A DNA stretch of 64,000 nt, from NCBI GenBank assembly GCA_959608625.1, contig CAUHQV010000002.1, forward strand, positions 18,746 to 82,745, written 5' to 3'. Source of the stretch: an uncultured Flavobacteriales bacterium. Lineage in GTDB: Bacteria > Bacteroidota > Bacteroidia > Flavobacteriales > UBA1820. How positions within the stretch are numbered: the first letter of the stretch is position 1; the number at the start of each line of letters is the position of its first letter. Positions 1-9,699 of this stretch are shown piece after piece. The notes under the pieces were generated by a model. The model was not told where the DNA came from, did not search any database, and was given only the letters and a program-made list of their open reading frames with translations. A program made the translations under genes and the position numbers.

Positions 1-2778
1 CTTGTAGCCACCCTGCCTATCTACCTGAACGCCCTGCCGGGCAAAGGAGTGCATGTGGTGACGGTGAACAACTACCTCTCCCGCCGTGACGCGGCGTGGA
101 TGGGGCCGATCTTCCAGTTCCACGGCCTGAGCGTGGATTGCATCGACAATCACGAGCCCAACTCGCTGGCTCGCCGTAAGGCCTATCTGGCGGACATTAC
201 CTATGGAACCAACAGCGAATTCGGCTTCGACTACCTGCGTGACAACGGCGCCCGCGAAGCCGAGGAGCTCGTACAGCGGGAGCACAACTATGCGATCGTG
301 GACGAGGTGGACTCGGTGCTGATCGACGACGCCCGTACCCCGCTCATTATTTCCGGCCCGGTAGTAGGAGGCGACGACCGTCAGGAATACGTCGACCTGA
401 AACCCCAGGTGGAACGAATCGTGGCCGAGCAAAGAAACCTGACCAATAAACTATTCGTCGAGGCTAAAAAACTTCTGGCCGAAGGCAACCGCGACTACGA
501 CGACCGCCAGGAAGGCGGGGCGAAACTCCTGCTTCGGGTGTATCGGGGTGCGCCGAAAAACGGGGCCCTGATAAAGTTCCTGAGCGAAGAGGACAACAAA
601 CGCCTTTTGCAGGAAGCCGAAAACTACTATATGCGCGACAACAACCGCCTGATGCCGGTGGTGGACGAAGAGCTTTATTATACCATCGACGAGCGGCACA
701 ACAGCATACAGCTTACCGACAAGGGTATCGCGTTCCTCTCCCGGTACAACGAGGACGAAAATTACTTCATCATGCCGGACATCGGCATTGCGACTGCCGA
801 GATAGAATCTTCCGGAAAACCGGAGGCCGAAAAAGCCAAGGCCAAAGAAGACCTTTACCGCGATTTCAGCGTCAAGAGCCGCCGTATCCACAGTATCAAC
901 CAGCTCCTGAAAGCCTATACCCTGTTCGAGAAAGACGTGGAATACGTAGTGATGGACGGGGCGATCAAGATCGTGGACGAGCAGACCGGCCGTATTATGG
1001 ACGGGCGCCGTTATTCGGACGGTCTCCACCAGGCGCTCGAAGCCAAGGAGAACGTGAAGATCGAGGATTCGACACAGACCTACGCGACCGTCACCCTGCA
1101 GAACTATTTCCGCATGTACCACAAGCTTGCCGGTATGACCGGTACGGCGATGACCGAGGCCAACGAGTTTTGGGAAATATACAAGCTCGACGTGGTGGAG
1201 ATACCGACCAACCGTCCTATCCTGCGCGACGACTGTGAAGACTTGCTGTACCGTACCAAGCGTGAAAAATACAACGCCATCATCGACGAGATCGAACGCC
1301 TGTCCAAGGCCGGCCGGCCGGTGCTGGTAGGTACGACTTCGGTGGAGGTGTCCGAATTGCTTAGCCGCCAGCTCAACCTGCGGAAGATCCCCCACAATGT
1401 ACTCAATGCCAAGATGCACATGAAGGAGGCCGAGATCGTGGCCGAGGCCGGCCGCCCGGGTGTGGTGACCATCGCGACCAACATGGCCGGCCGTGGTACC
1501 GACATCAAACTTCCGGCGGAAGTAAAACAGGCCGGAGGTTTGGCCATTATCGGCACCGAGCGGCATGATTCCCGCCGCGTAGACAGGCAGCTGCGCGGGC
1601 GTTCGGGACGTCAGGGCGACCCGGGAACCTCGCAGTTCTATATTTCGCTCGAAGACAACCTGATGCGCCTTTTCGCTTCGGACAAATTGGCCAAGATCAT
1701 GGCGTTCCTCGGCATCAAGGAGGGTGACGTGATACAGGACAAGCGTATTACCAAAATGGTCGAAAAAGCACAGAAACGTGTGGAGGAAAACCATTTCGGT
1801 TCGCGTAAAAATACGCTGGAATACGACAACGTGATGAATTCCCAACGCGAGGTGATCTACCGCCGCCGCCGCCATGCCCTTTTCGGAGAGCGCCTGTCGG
1901 TGGACATCGCCAACATGATCCACGATACGTGCTATGTGATCGCCGAAGAACAGAAGAACGGCGGGACGTACGAGGCATTTGATTACAATGTGCTGAATAC
2001 CTTTGCCGTGCCCAATCCGGTATCGGAGGAGCAGTTCGCCGGCATGAACGCGGATCAGCTCACCGAAGCATTGTTCGATGTGATCTACAAAGCGTTCCAG
2101 CAGAAGATCGAAAAGATATCGGCCGCGATCTATCCGTTCGTCAAAAACGTATACGAGACGCAGGGCAACCGCTACAAGATGATCGGCGTTCCGTTTACGG
2201 ACGGGGTGAAGACCATGCATATCGGGGTAGACCTGGAAAAAGCGTACAACACGCAGGGACGCCAGGTGGCACTCGATTTTGAGAAGAACCTCGTGCTGTC
2301 CATCACGGACGATGCGTGGAAGCAACAGTTGCGCGATATGGACGACCTTCGGGAAAGCGTCCGCGCCGCTGTGTACGAGCAGAAAGACCCGGTACTCATC
2401 TATAAGTTCGAGGCTTACGACCTGTTCCAAGCGATGATAAAGCGTGTGAACGCGCAGGTAGTCAGCTTCCTGTTCAAAGCCGATCTGCCCGCGCCCGACC
2501 CGGACCGGGTGGAAGCCGCCCAGCGCCAGAAGCGTGTGGTAGGCAAGGAAGGCCGCGGGGGAGAGGGTACTGGCGATCCCGACGTGAGCCGGGGCGTAGC
2601 CAACCGGGCCGAAGAACCGGAAAGGCCCCGTACGTTCGTGCGCGAACAGCCCAAGATCGGCCGGAACGACCGGGTGAAGATCCAGAATATTTCCAACGGG
2701 GAAACCCAGGAACTGAAATACAAACAGGCCGAAGCGATGATCGAGAGCGGCCAGTGGGTATTGGTCGAAAAACTTTAA
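1..2778 (+). CDS. secA: Preprotein translocase ATPase SecA (5' end lies left of the window)
   Basis: The reading frame is open to the window edge and the first residues are already inside the motor domain. SecA hallmarks are present: MTGTAMTEA, TNMAGRGTDIKL, RQLRGRSGRQGDPG. The C-terminal tail is basic. Confidence 0.97.
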   Translation, partial: LVATLPIYLNALPGKGVHVVTVNNYLSRRDAAWMGPIFQFHGLSVDCIDNHEPNSLARRKAYLADITYGTNSEFGFDYLRDNGAREAEELVQREHNYAIVDEVDSVLIDDARTPLIISGPVVGGDDRQEYVDLKPQVERIVAEQRNLTNKLFVEAKKLLAEGNRDYDDRQEGGAKLLLRVYRGAPKNGALIKFLSEEDNKRLLQEAENYYMRDNNRLMPVVDEELYYTIDERHNSIQLTDKGIAFLSRYNEDENYFIMPDIGIATAEIESSGKPEAEKAKAKEDLYRDFSVKSRRIHSINQLLKAYTLFEKDVEYVVMDGAIKIVDEQTGRIMDGRRYSDGLHQALEAKENVKIEDSTQTYATVTLQNYFRMYHKLAGMTGTAMTEANEFWEIYKLDVVEIPTNRPILRDDCEDLLYRTKREKYNAIIDEIERLSKAGRPVLVGTTSVEVSELLSRQLNLRKIPHNVLNAKMHMKEAEIVAEAGRPGVVTIATNMAGRGTDIKLPAEVKQAGGLAIIGTERHDSRRVDRQLRGRSGRQGDPGTSQFYISLEDNLMRLFASDKLAKIMAFLGIKEGDVIQDKRITKMVEKAQKRVEENHFGSRKNTLEYDNVMNSQREVIYRRRRHALFGERLSVDIANMIHDTCYVIAEEQKNGGTYEAFDYNVLNTFAVPNPVSEEQFAGMNADQLTEALFDVIYKAFQQKIEKISAAIYPFVKNVYETQGNRYKMIGVPFTDGVKTMHIGVDLEKAYNTQGRQVALDFEKNLVLSITDDAWKQQLRDMDDLRESVRAAVYEQKDPVLIYKFEAYDLFQAMIKRVNAQVVSFLFKADLPAPDPDRVEAAQRQKRVVGKEGRGGEGTGDPDVSRGVANRAEEPERPRTFVREQPKIGRNDRVKIQNISNGETQELKYKQAEAMIESGQWVLVEKL

Positions 2779-2810
2779 TTTTATGGCCCCGGGCCGTAGA
2801 GATAGGACAG

Positions 2811-2838
2811 AATGCCGGTGTAAAACCCGGCATTTTTT
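2811..2838 (+). terminator. Rho-independent terminator after secA
   Basis: The stem is AATGCCGG / CCGGCATT with an 8-nt loop, followed by a T-run. Confidence 0.6.
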
Positions 2839-2884
2839 GTAAACGGATTTATATTGGAAAAAAGAAGGATTGGAAAGGCAAACG

Positions 2885-3241
2885 ATGGGAGCGGGTGAAG
2901 TTGAGCAAACCGGATATCAGGCGCGGGTCGTAGCCCGGATGATTTCCGTGTATTGCCGGGCGCATCATAGGTGCCGGGACGGACTTTGCCCATCGTGCCG
3001 GGAGCTGAAGGAATACGCCTGGCAGCGGCTCGGGAAATGTCCTTTCGGTGAAGGGAAACCGAACTGTTCTTCGTGCCCCGTACATTGCTACCACCCCGAA
3101 ATGCGGGAGCGTATAAAAGAAGTGATGCGGTATGCGGGCCCCCGGATGCTTTTTTATTATCCGTGGGATGCGGTAGTGTATCTTTTCCGTAAAAGAAAAA
3201 ACGTGTTTTTAAATCGGAAAAGAAAGGATCGTTCCCGTTAA
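2885..3241 (+). CDS. Cys-rich small protein, nitrous-oxide-stimulated-promoter (YgbA-like) family
   Basis: The Cys/His pattern CRAHH..CPSC..CPFGEGKPNCSSCPVHCY matches my recollection of the YgbA_NO family. I prefer the ATG at 2885 over the TTG at 2870. Confidence 0.6.
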   Translation: MGAGEVEQTGYQARVVARMISVYCRAHHRCRDGLCPSCRELKEYAWQRLGKCPFGEGKPNCSSCPVHCYHPEMRERIKEVMRYAGPRMLFYYPWDAVVYLFRKRKNVFLNRKRKDRSR

Positions 3242-3345
3242 ACTTATCGGGACATAGAATTTTTTCGGCTTCCGTTATATTTTCCCGGACGGAATTTGAC
3301 CAGAATCGGCAGTCCGGCGTGAAACAGAATAATTTAACTCGGAAT

Positions 3346-3381
3346 AAAAAACAGCCCCCTATATTTAGGAGGCTGTTTTTG
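3346..3381. terminator. Bidirectional terminator between the YgbA-like gene and cdd
   Basis: The hairpin ACAGCC..GGCTGT is flanked by an A-run on the left and a T-run on the right. Confidence 0.5.
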
Positions 3382-3387
3382 TTTGAG

Positions 3388-3906
3388 TTATCGATGCAGA
3401 TCTTCTTTGCCGAAACTGAACGGCAAAAGATCGGATATATCGGCCGCTTTGATGGCCGGGGCAGGAGAAGTGCCTGTAAAAGTGATTTCTATGGGGCTTC
3501 CCTGTTTTTGGGCGTATTCGAGGATCGCCTGCCGGCAGGCTCCGCAAGGAGCGATCGGCTCGCTGTTCTCCTGCCCGCGGCGCCCGCCGGAGATGGCGAT
3601 GCGGCGGATTTTTTTGCCCGGATGCGCGGCGGAAGCGTAATAAACGGCTACCCGCTCGGCGCAGAGGCTCGATGGAAAAGCGGCGTTCTCCTGGTTGTTT
3701 CCTGTGACCACGGTACCGTCCTCCAGTAGGACGGCGGCCCCTACCAGGAAGTCGGAATAGGCGGCGTAGGCATTTTCCCGGGCGGCGATAGCTGCCTGGA
3801 TCAGTTCCAGTTCGTCGGCGGGGATGTCCTGCGGACGGGCGTAGTAGGTATAGGCAAAAATGTTTTCCTTGTTTTTTTCCATGGAAGTTTTCATTTGGAG
3901 GGGCAA
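3388..3906 (-). CDS. cdd: Cytidine deaminase
   Basis: The zinc-ligand motifs CAERVA and PCGACRQ are present. The start is ambiguous among three Met codons in the first 9 codons. Confidence 0.85.
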   Translation of the reverse strand: MPLQMKTSMEKNKENIFAYTYYARPQDIPADELELIQAAIAARENAYAAYSDFLVGAAVLLEDGTVVTGNNQENAAFPSSLCAERVAVYYASAAHPGKKIRRIAISGGRRGQENSEPIAPCGACRQAILEYAQKQGSPIEITFTGTSPAPAIKAADISDLLPFSFGKEDLHR

Positions 3907-3989
3907 TATAGGGTATTTTATTTTTCCCGCAAAGCGGAAAATCCCGTGTCCTTGCGTAACTTTACAGGGTCAATATCCGAAATTAACCT

Positions 3990-4781
3990 ATGAAAGAGAA
4001 AGAAACGGCGGATTTTATCGTCGGCTGGCTGAAAGATTACCTGCGGAACAGCCGGGCGAAAGGATATGTGGTGGGGGTATCCGGCGGCGTGGATTCGGCG
4101 CTGGTGTCGGCTTTGTGCGCCCGGACGACGGAGCCTTTGCTGTGTCTGACGATGCCTATCCATCAGGCGGCCAGCCATGTGGGCCGAGCCGAGGAGCAAT
4201 GTGCGTTCCTGGCAAAGAAATACCCGAACGTGCGGGTAGAAAACGTGGAACTCACAAAATCTTTCGATACGCTGGCGGAAGCCCTCCCCCGGAGTAACGA
4301 CCGGAAAACGTGCGATTTGGCGCTGGCCAACACCCGGGCCCGGCTGCGGATGACAGCCCTTTACCAGGCGGCCGCGGTCAACGGATATCTGGTGGCGGGT
4401 ACCGGTAATAAAATCGAGGATTTCGGGATCGGATTTTTTACCAAATGGGGGGACGGCGGTGTGGACCTGAGCCCTATCGGCGATCTGACCAAAACACAGG
4501 TTTACGAACTTGCCGGATACCTGGGGGTGCCGCAGAGCATATTGGAAGCGGAGCCTTCCGACGGACTGTTCGATGACGGCCAGACCGACAGCATGCAGAT
4601 CGGCGCGACCTATCCCGAACTCGAATGGGCGATGGATAGAGTGCAGGAAGGATTTTCGGAAAAAGATTTTACCGGCCGCCAGGCGGAAGTGATACGGATT
4701 TACCGGACACGCCATGCAGCCAACGCCCATAAGATGAATCCTATCCCGGTATGTAGGATTCCCGGTGAACTGAAAAAGTGA
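3990..4781 (+). CDS. nadE: NH3-dependent NAD+ synthetase
   Basis: It has the PP-loop SGGVDSA and is 263 aa long. The conserved middle segment NKIEDFGIGFFTKWGDGG is typical of NadE. Confidence 0.9.
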   Translation: MKEKETADFIVGWLKDYLRNSRAKGYVVGVSGGVDSALVSALCARTTEPLLCLTMPIHQAASHVGRAEEQCAFLAKKYPNVRVENVELTKSFDTLAEALPRSNDRKTCDLALANTRARLRMTALYQAAAVNGYLVAGTGNKIEDFGIGFFTKWGDGGVDLSPIGDLTKTQVYELAGYLGVPQSILEAEPSDGLFDDGQTDSMQIGATYPELEWAMDRVQEGFSEKDFTGRQAEVIRIYRTRHAANAHKMNPIPVCRIPGELKK

Positions 4782-4978
4782 CCAATTGATTCGGTCGGTT
4801 ATTGTTTGATCGTGAAATTATCCTTGAACCCGCCACAGAAGAACTTCACTTGAATGAGCGCGAGTTCTCTTTATCGCGTTTCCCGAATGTGTACCGGGGA
4901 CGAGTTTATTTATCCGAAGATTATTTCTGATTGTCGGCAATCCGGGAGGAGGTTACAACCTCCTACCAGTCTTGCCTT

Positions 4979-5287
4979 TTATTCAAGCAGTTTCTTGATA
5001 TAATTCTCCAGGTATGCAGGATAGTCCTCACCCGGTTTGTACCCCGATATAACAGCTGTGGGCATAGCTCCGATATTCCCCTGTTTCACGAAATACAGCG
5101 CAATAGAAAGGTATTTCTTTCCCTGATCGGAAGAGTAATTGAATTCTAAAGCTTTTTCCATATAAAAAGCCGCAGAAACGGAATCTTTCGCTATTCGGTC
5201 TACTCTTTTGCTCATCTTGATGAACAGATAGATAAGCCAAATGAAAAAGATCACCCCAAGGATATAAATAGAAATTACCGGAATCAT
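4979..5287 (-). CDS. Hypothetical small membrane-anchored protein
   Basis: The 102-aa ORF has one N-terminal TM helix (IYILGVIFFIWLIYLFI) and sits in a visibly AT-richer patch. I recognised no family. Confidence 0.5.
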   Translation of the reverse strand: MIPVISIYILGVIFFIWLIYLFIKMSKRVDRIAKDSVSAAFYMEKALEFNYSSDQGKKYLSIALYFVKQGNIGAMPTAVISGYKPGEDYPAYLENYIKKLLE

Positions 5288-5377
5288 AATATGCAGTTTT
5301 TATTAGATTGCGTATGATTTATTAAATTCTTTACAGTATCGGATACTTCGCCTTGGTCAGTAAATGCCGGATGACCG

Positions 5378-6730
5378 TCAGTCGCATTTGACAGCCAGTT
5401 CGCTGATGGCTTGCCGGCATTTTTCGAGCAGGGCGTTGTCCGAGGACATAGCCGCCAGGAATGCCGCTTTGTTGAACGATTCGAGGGCGTAGCGTTTTTT
5501 CTGCCCGGAAAGTATCTGGAACTGTCCGCGGTAATACATCGGCAGGGCATAGGATGGGTTGGCTTCCATCGCTTTGTCGAAATAGAGCATCGGATTGCCA
5601 GCCGCAGGGTAGCGGTCCATCGCCGAGATACCTTTGCGCAGGTAGGCTTCGGCATCCTTGTTGTCTTTGTCGAGGATGCGGTCGAAATACCCGTCGGCCT
5701 CGGCACTCTGCCCGCTGTCCTGGAGGTATTCGCCTTTGCGGATATTGGCCAGCCGGTTTCCCGGGTCTATTTCCAATACTTTATCGAAATAAACGGCTGC
5801 TTCGTCTTTCCGGCCTTGGGCTATCAGTTCCTCCCCGATCTCCAGGTAAGGCGCGGTAGAATGGGGGGCCAATCGAAAAGCCTGTTCCAGGGATTCTATC
5901 ATACGGGTGGTGTCTCCCACTCCTTTATAGGCTTTCCCGAGGAAATAATGGACTTCGGCGGTGTTTTCCCCGCGGGAGAGCATATTGGCGAAATGCCGCA
6001 GGGAATCGGCGTACATCTTGTTGTCCAGCAGGGTGAGGGCCAGCCGCAGTTCGTTCTTTTCCGACTGTCGGTATTTTTCGATCGACCGGTCTTGTGCCAG
6101 GGCGGCCTTGTCGTTGCCCGGGTTCATGCGGACGACTTTCCCGAACAGGTTGATGGCCTTGTCGTATTCTTTAAGCCCGAAAAAGGCTTTAGCCGCCTGA
6201 AAATTAGCTGCTTCGGACTCCGGGTGCCGGGCTAAAAGGTCTTCCGCGACCCGGCTGGCATTCTTGAAATCGCCTTTTTTTACTAAGAGTTCGCTTTTGG
6301 CCAGGTAGGCGTTCTCGTCGGAAGGGGTGATGGAGATGATACGGTCGAAACATTCGATGGCTTCGTCCAGCCGGTCTTCGCGGGCCAGGAGCAACGCCTT
6401 GTAGTTGTAGGCGACGGTGTTTCCCGGGAAATCGAATAACGCCCGGTCTATGCATTTGCCGGCATCCTCGTAGGATTCGAGCGCAAAAAGGGCTTTGAGT
6501 TTTCCTTCGAGGGCTTCGGCCGACGTCTGGGGATGGTTCCCGGCGGCATCGAAATACCCGAGGGCTTTGTGGTAGTCTTCTTTCTCCAGCATTTCGTTCC
6601 CCCGGCGCAGGAATTCCGCTTCAGGGGATTCTCCGCCGTAACGGCGGTACAGGTCTTCAAGTACACACATGTGAGGGTAGCAGTAGTTTTTTAATGAGAA
6701 CAAGATAGGTACTTCACTCCGAAAAAGCAA
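5378..6730 (-). CDS. Tetratricopeptide-repeat protein
   Basis: About 34-aa A/Y/F/L-patterned repeats recur throughout (for example YHKALGYFDAA, YEDAGKCIDRAL, YDKAINLFGKVV). The real start may be the internal Met near 6670. Confidence 0.8.
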   Translation of the reverse strand: MLFRSEVPILFSLKNYCYPHMCVLEDLYRRYGGESPEAEFLRRGNEMLEKEDYHKALGYFDAAGNHPQTSAEALEGKLKALFALESYEDAGKCIDRALFDFPGNTVAYNYKALLLAREDRLDEAIECFDRIISITPSDENAYLAKSELLVKKGDFKNASRVAEDLLARHPESEAANFQAAKAFFGLKEYDKAINLFGKVVRMNPGNDKAALAQDRSIEKYRQSEKNELRLALTLLDNKMYADSLRHFANMLSRGENTAEVHYFLGKAYKGVGDTTRMIESLEQAFRLAPHSTAPYLEIGEELIAQGRKDEAAVYFDKVLEIDPGNRLANIRKGEYLQDSGQSAEADGYFDRILDKDNKDAEAYLRKGISAMDRYPAAGNPMLYFDKAMEANPSYALPMYYRGQFQILSGQKKRYALESFNKAAFLAAMSSDNALLEKCRQAISELAVKCD

Positions 6731-6777
6731 GGTTTTTTTTGGTTAAAATGCCGGTTTTTTCCTGCGTTAGTGGATAA

Positions 6778-6812
6778 TAAAAAAGCGCCGGATGTTTATT
6801 CGGCGCTTTTTT
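6778..6812 (-). terminator. Rho-independent terminator after the OmpA-family gene
   Basis: The stem is AGCGCCG / CGGCGCT, with T-runs on both strands. Confidence 0.6.
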
Positions 6813-6827
6813 GTAAGGAAAAACGGA

Positions 6828-7796
6828 TCAGTCGATCTGGAGTTCGTCGAGCATTTTCTCGATCACGGACAGATCCGGGGTGATGATCACCTCCGTCCGG
6901 CGGTTGCGGGCCCGGTTGTCCGCATTGGTATTGGGCAGCACCGGTTCGTATTCGCTGCGCCCGGCCGCGGTGATGTTGCGGGGATTGATGGCTTTGTTGT
7001 CGGTGATGAGTTTCACGATGGATGTGGCGCGCATCACGCTCAGATCCCAGTTGTCTTTCAGGGCTCCCGAACCGCGGTACGGCACGTTATCCGTATGGCC
7101 TTCGATCATAATACGGATATCGGGCTGGGAAACGAGCACTTTGGTGATCTCCTCGATGGCGCGGCGCCCTTCGCTGTTCACCTGCCAGCTGCCCGAAGGG
7201 AAAAGGAGGCGGTTTTCGAGCGAAACGTATATCTTGCCGTCTCGTTGGGAAATGGTCAGGCCCTTTCCTTCGTAACCTACCAAGGCTTTCATCAGATCGT
7301 TCTTGATGGAGGAAAGTTTGTCCTGTATCTGGGCGATCATACCTTCCAACTGGGCGACGCGGGTTTCGCGGGCGCGAAGGTCGGCTTGCTTTTTAGCCAG
7401 TTCCGCTTCGAGGGCGGCGATACTGTCCTGTTTGGCTTGGAGTTCGGCCAGGAATTCCCGGGACTGTTTGGAGGAGGCGTCCAGCAGGTCTTCTTTACCC
7501 CGGAGCATCTTTTGATAGGCTTCCTGCGCTTCGGCGTGCTGTCTTTTCAGTTCATCCAGGGCTGCTTTGTCTGCCGCGGCCTGTTTTTTGACCGATTCCA
7601 TCTGCGCGGCCAGGTCTTCGTACAGGGAACGGTATTTGTTGGCCTCGGAGAGGTTTTTCTGGTTCTCGCCGGCCAATGCTTCGTTCTCGGCTACGGCGTC
7701 CGCATGGCGGGCGGCCAATTCGTTGTACAGTTTTTTGGATACGCAGCTGCTGAAAACGACAGCGGCTGCCAAAAGGACGATGATCCGGGTCTTCAT
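6828..7796 (-). CDS. OmpA/MotB-family lipoprotein with a long coiled coil
   Basis: The signal/lipobox MKTRIIVLLAAAVVFSSC starts at the ATG at 7796. A central heptad-rich segment follows. The C-terminal OmpA-like domain reads IEGHTDNVPY..NWDLSVMRATSIV..RRTEVII. Confidence 0.85.
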   Translation of the reverse strand: MKTRIIVLLAAAVVFSSCVSKKLYNELAARHADAVAENEALAGENQKNLSEANKYRSLYEDLAAQMESVKKQAAADKAALDELKRQHAEAQEAYQKMLRGKEDLLDASSKQSREFLAELQAKQDSIAALEAELAKKQADLRARETRVAQLEGMIAQIQDKLSSIKNDLMKALVGYEGKGLTISQRDGKIYVSLENRLLFPSGSWQVNSEGRRAIEEITKVLVSQPDIRIMIEGHTDNVPYRGSGALKDNWDLSVMRATSIVKLITDNKAINPRNITAAGRSEYEPVLPNTNADNRARNRRTEVIITPDLSVIEKMLDELQID

Positions 7797-7862
7797 GGAC
7801 GATGTTTTTGGATTTGTAAGGTTTCGACAGGCCAATTTACGGTATTTCGGGAAAACCGAACG

Positions 7863-9695
7863 TTAAAGGATTTTAAAAAGCTCCATCCGGCAGCGGCGGC
7901 AGTCGAATTCGGCCCGCAGGGCGATGCCTCCGCTCTTCAATACGAGGTACGGGAAGTTTTCTCCGTTTTTTCCGGCGTAGCGGGGACATAGCCCTAGGCT
8001 GTACTTCAGGCAATGCCGGCATACAGCCAGGCGGGCACCCGGAACCTGTACCTGTTCAAAGGCCGGGGCTGGGGATTTGACACCGCATTGCTCGTAGAAA
8101 CGGCGCGCCAGATAGTTGGATACATTCAGCCGGTAATCCGTATCGAGGCTTGCGGGCACGGGCGGATGACCGGTAGGGCGGATGTTCCGGCGGGAAAGGA
8201 TATTTTGGGTGCGGACGCTGCGTAAGCTGTCGAGAGCGCTGCGGCGAAGGTCTGCCACGGCGGACATGGGAATGAAAGGTTCGCCGGGGAGATCTATCGT
8301 GATCGTTCCGGCTTCGAATTCCATGCCGCCCAGTTTGGAAAGTATCCCGGCGATACGCTCCCGCTGGGGTGTTTTTGCCGGGGCGTGTTCGGCAGGAAGA
8401 CCGGCTTGGGTCTGGAATCCGCTTTCGTCCGAAACGGACAGCCGGTAACCTTTTGGCGTTTGACAAAGGAGAAAGTTCACGGTCACTTTCCGTTCAGCGC
8501 TTTTGGCGGAGAGCATCCGGGAAAAGGCGGCGTCCGAATTGCGGAAAAGCAGGTCGCCGGGTCTAACATCCGGCATTTTAAAAGGGAACAGCCGGCTGCC
8601 CTCGGCCCGGTTGATATTGAATCCGCCGGAAGTGCCGTCCGGGCGCAGGAGGACAAAACCGTCCCCGGCGGAAAATACCTCCGGACTATCGGCCGTCAGG
8701 CAGTCGCGGGACACGGATTTCACTTTTCCAACGGACTGCCCGAGGGATTTCGGGGTCGCAGGGTTGGAGGGGTCTTCTGTCCGCCGGGCGGAAAGCAGAT
8801 AGTCGGTAAATCCCCGGTTGAAACTCCGGGAGGGGTCGGCCCGGAAAGTCGTCCGGGTGATTCCGTCGGAAAGGCGCATGAGATCGTCCCGCCGGGCGAT
8901 GATGCCGTCCAATGCCTGGCGGTACCAGGCGGTGACGTTCTTTACATAAGCAGTGTCCTTTAGCCGTCCTTCAATCTTGAATGAGGTCACCCCGGCATCG
9001 ATAAGGCCCTCCAGGGAGTCCGTCCGGTTCATGTCCTTCAGGGAAAGCATATGGGCGCTTTTGCGGAGCAAGTTCCCGGCCGGGTCGAAGATATCGAACG
9101 GCAGGCGGCATATCTGGGCGCAGTTACCCCGGTTGGCGCTGCGGCCGGTGAATGCCTGGCTGAGGTAGCATTGCCCACTGTAGCTTACACACAGGGCACC
9201 ATGGACGAACGCTTCGAGTTCAGCGTCCGTATTTTTTGATATTTCCGTAATCTCGTTTATTGTTAGCTCGCGGGCCACGACCACGCGGGAAAATCCGGAT
9301 TGGCACAGGAAGTCCGCTTTTTCAGGGGTATCGATGTGGGTCTGGGTGCTGGCATGGAGTTCTATGGGAGGCAAGTTCATTTCGAGGATGCCCATATCCT
9401 GCACGATCAGGGCATCGGTTCCGGCTGTGTAGAGATCTTGGATGAGCTTCCGGGCGGCGGGAAGTTCGGAATCGCGGAGGATGGTATTGAGCGTGATATA
9501 GACGCGGGCCCGGTACCGGTGTGCATATTGACAAAGAGTAGCGATGTCTTCTACGGAGTTTCCAGCGGCCTTGCGGGCCGAAAAATCCGGGCCGCCGATA
9601 TAAACGGCATCCGCGCCGTGGTCGATGGCGGCCAGCGCCGTATCGAGGTCTTTGGCGGGGGAAAGGAGTTCTATCGTCCGTTTTCCGGTGGGCAT
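7863..9695 (-). CDS. Peptidase U32 family protein (collagenase-like / RNA hydroxylation family)
   Basis: The N-terminus reads ELLSPAKDLDTALAAIDHGADAVYIGG and a conserved EAFVHGALCVSYSGQC block is present. The long C-terminal extension is typical of Bacteroidetes U32 proteins. Confidence 0.85.
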   Translation of the reverse strand: MPTGKRTIELLSPAKDLDTALAAIDHGADAVYIGGPDFSARKAAGNSVEDIATLCQYAHRYRARVYITLNTILRDSELPAARKLIQDLYTAGTDALIVQDMGILEMNLPPIELHASTQTHIDTPEKADFLCQSGFSRVVVARELTINEITEISKNTDAELEAFVHGALCVSYSGQCYLSQAFTGRSANRGNCAQICRLPFDIFDPAGNLLRKSAHMLSLKDMNRTDSLEGLIDAGVTSFKIEGRLKDTAYVKNVTAWYRQALDGIIARRDDLMRLSDGITRTTFRADPSRSFNRGFTDYLLSARRTEDPSNPATPKSLGQSVGKVKSVSRDCLTADSPEVFSAGDGFVLLRPDGTSGGFNINRAEGSRLFPFKMPDVRPGDLLFRNSDAAFSRMLSAKSAERKVTVNFLLCQTPKGYRLSVSDESGFQTQAGLPAEHAPAKTPQRERIAGILSKLGGMEFEAGTITIDLPGEPFIPMSAVADLRRSALDSLRSVRTQNILSRRNIRPTGHPPVPASLDTDYRLNVSNYLARRFYEQCGVKSPAPAFEQVQVPGARLAVCRHCLKYSLGLCPRYAGKNGENFPYLVLKSGGIALRAEFDCRRCRMELFKIL

Positions 9696-9699
9696 GGGC

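Noticed and set aside
4943-4966. The palindrome AGGAGGTTACAACCTCCT lies downstream of the small 102-aa gene.
   Set aside because: The loop is too small for a full 8-bp stem and there is no U-tract on either strand, so support for a terminator or operator is insufficient.
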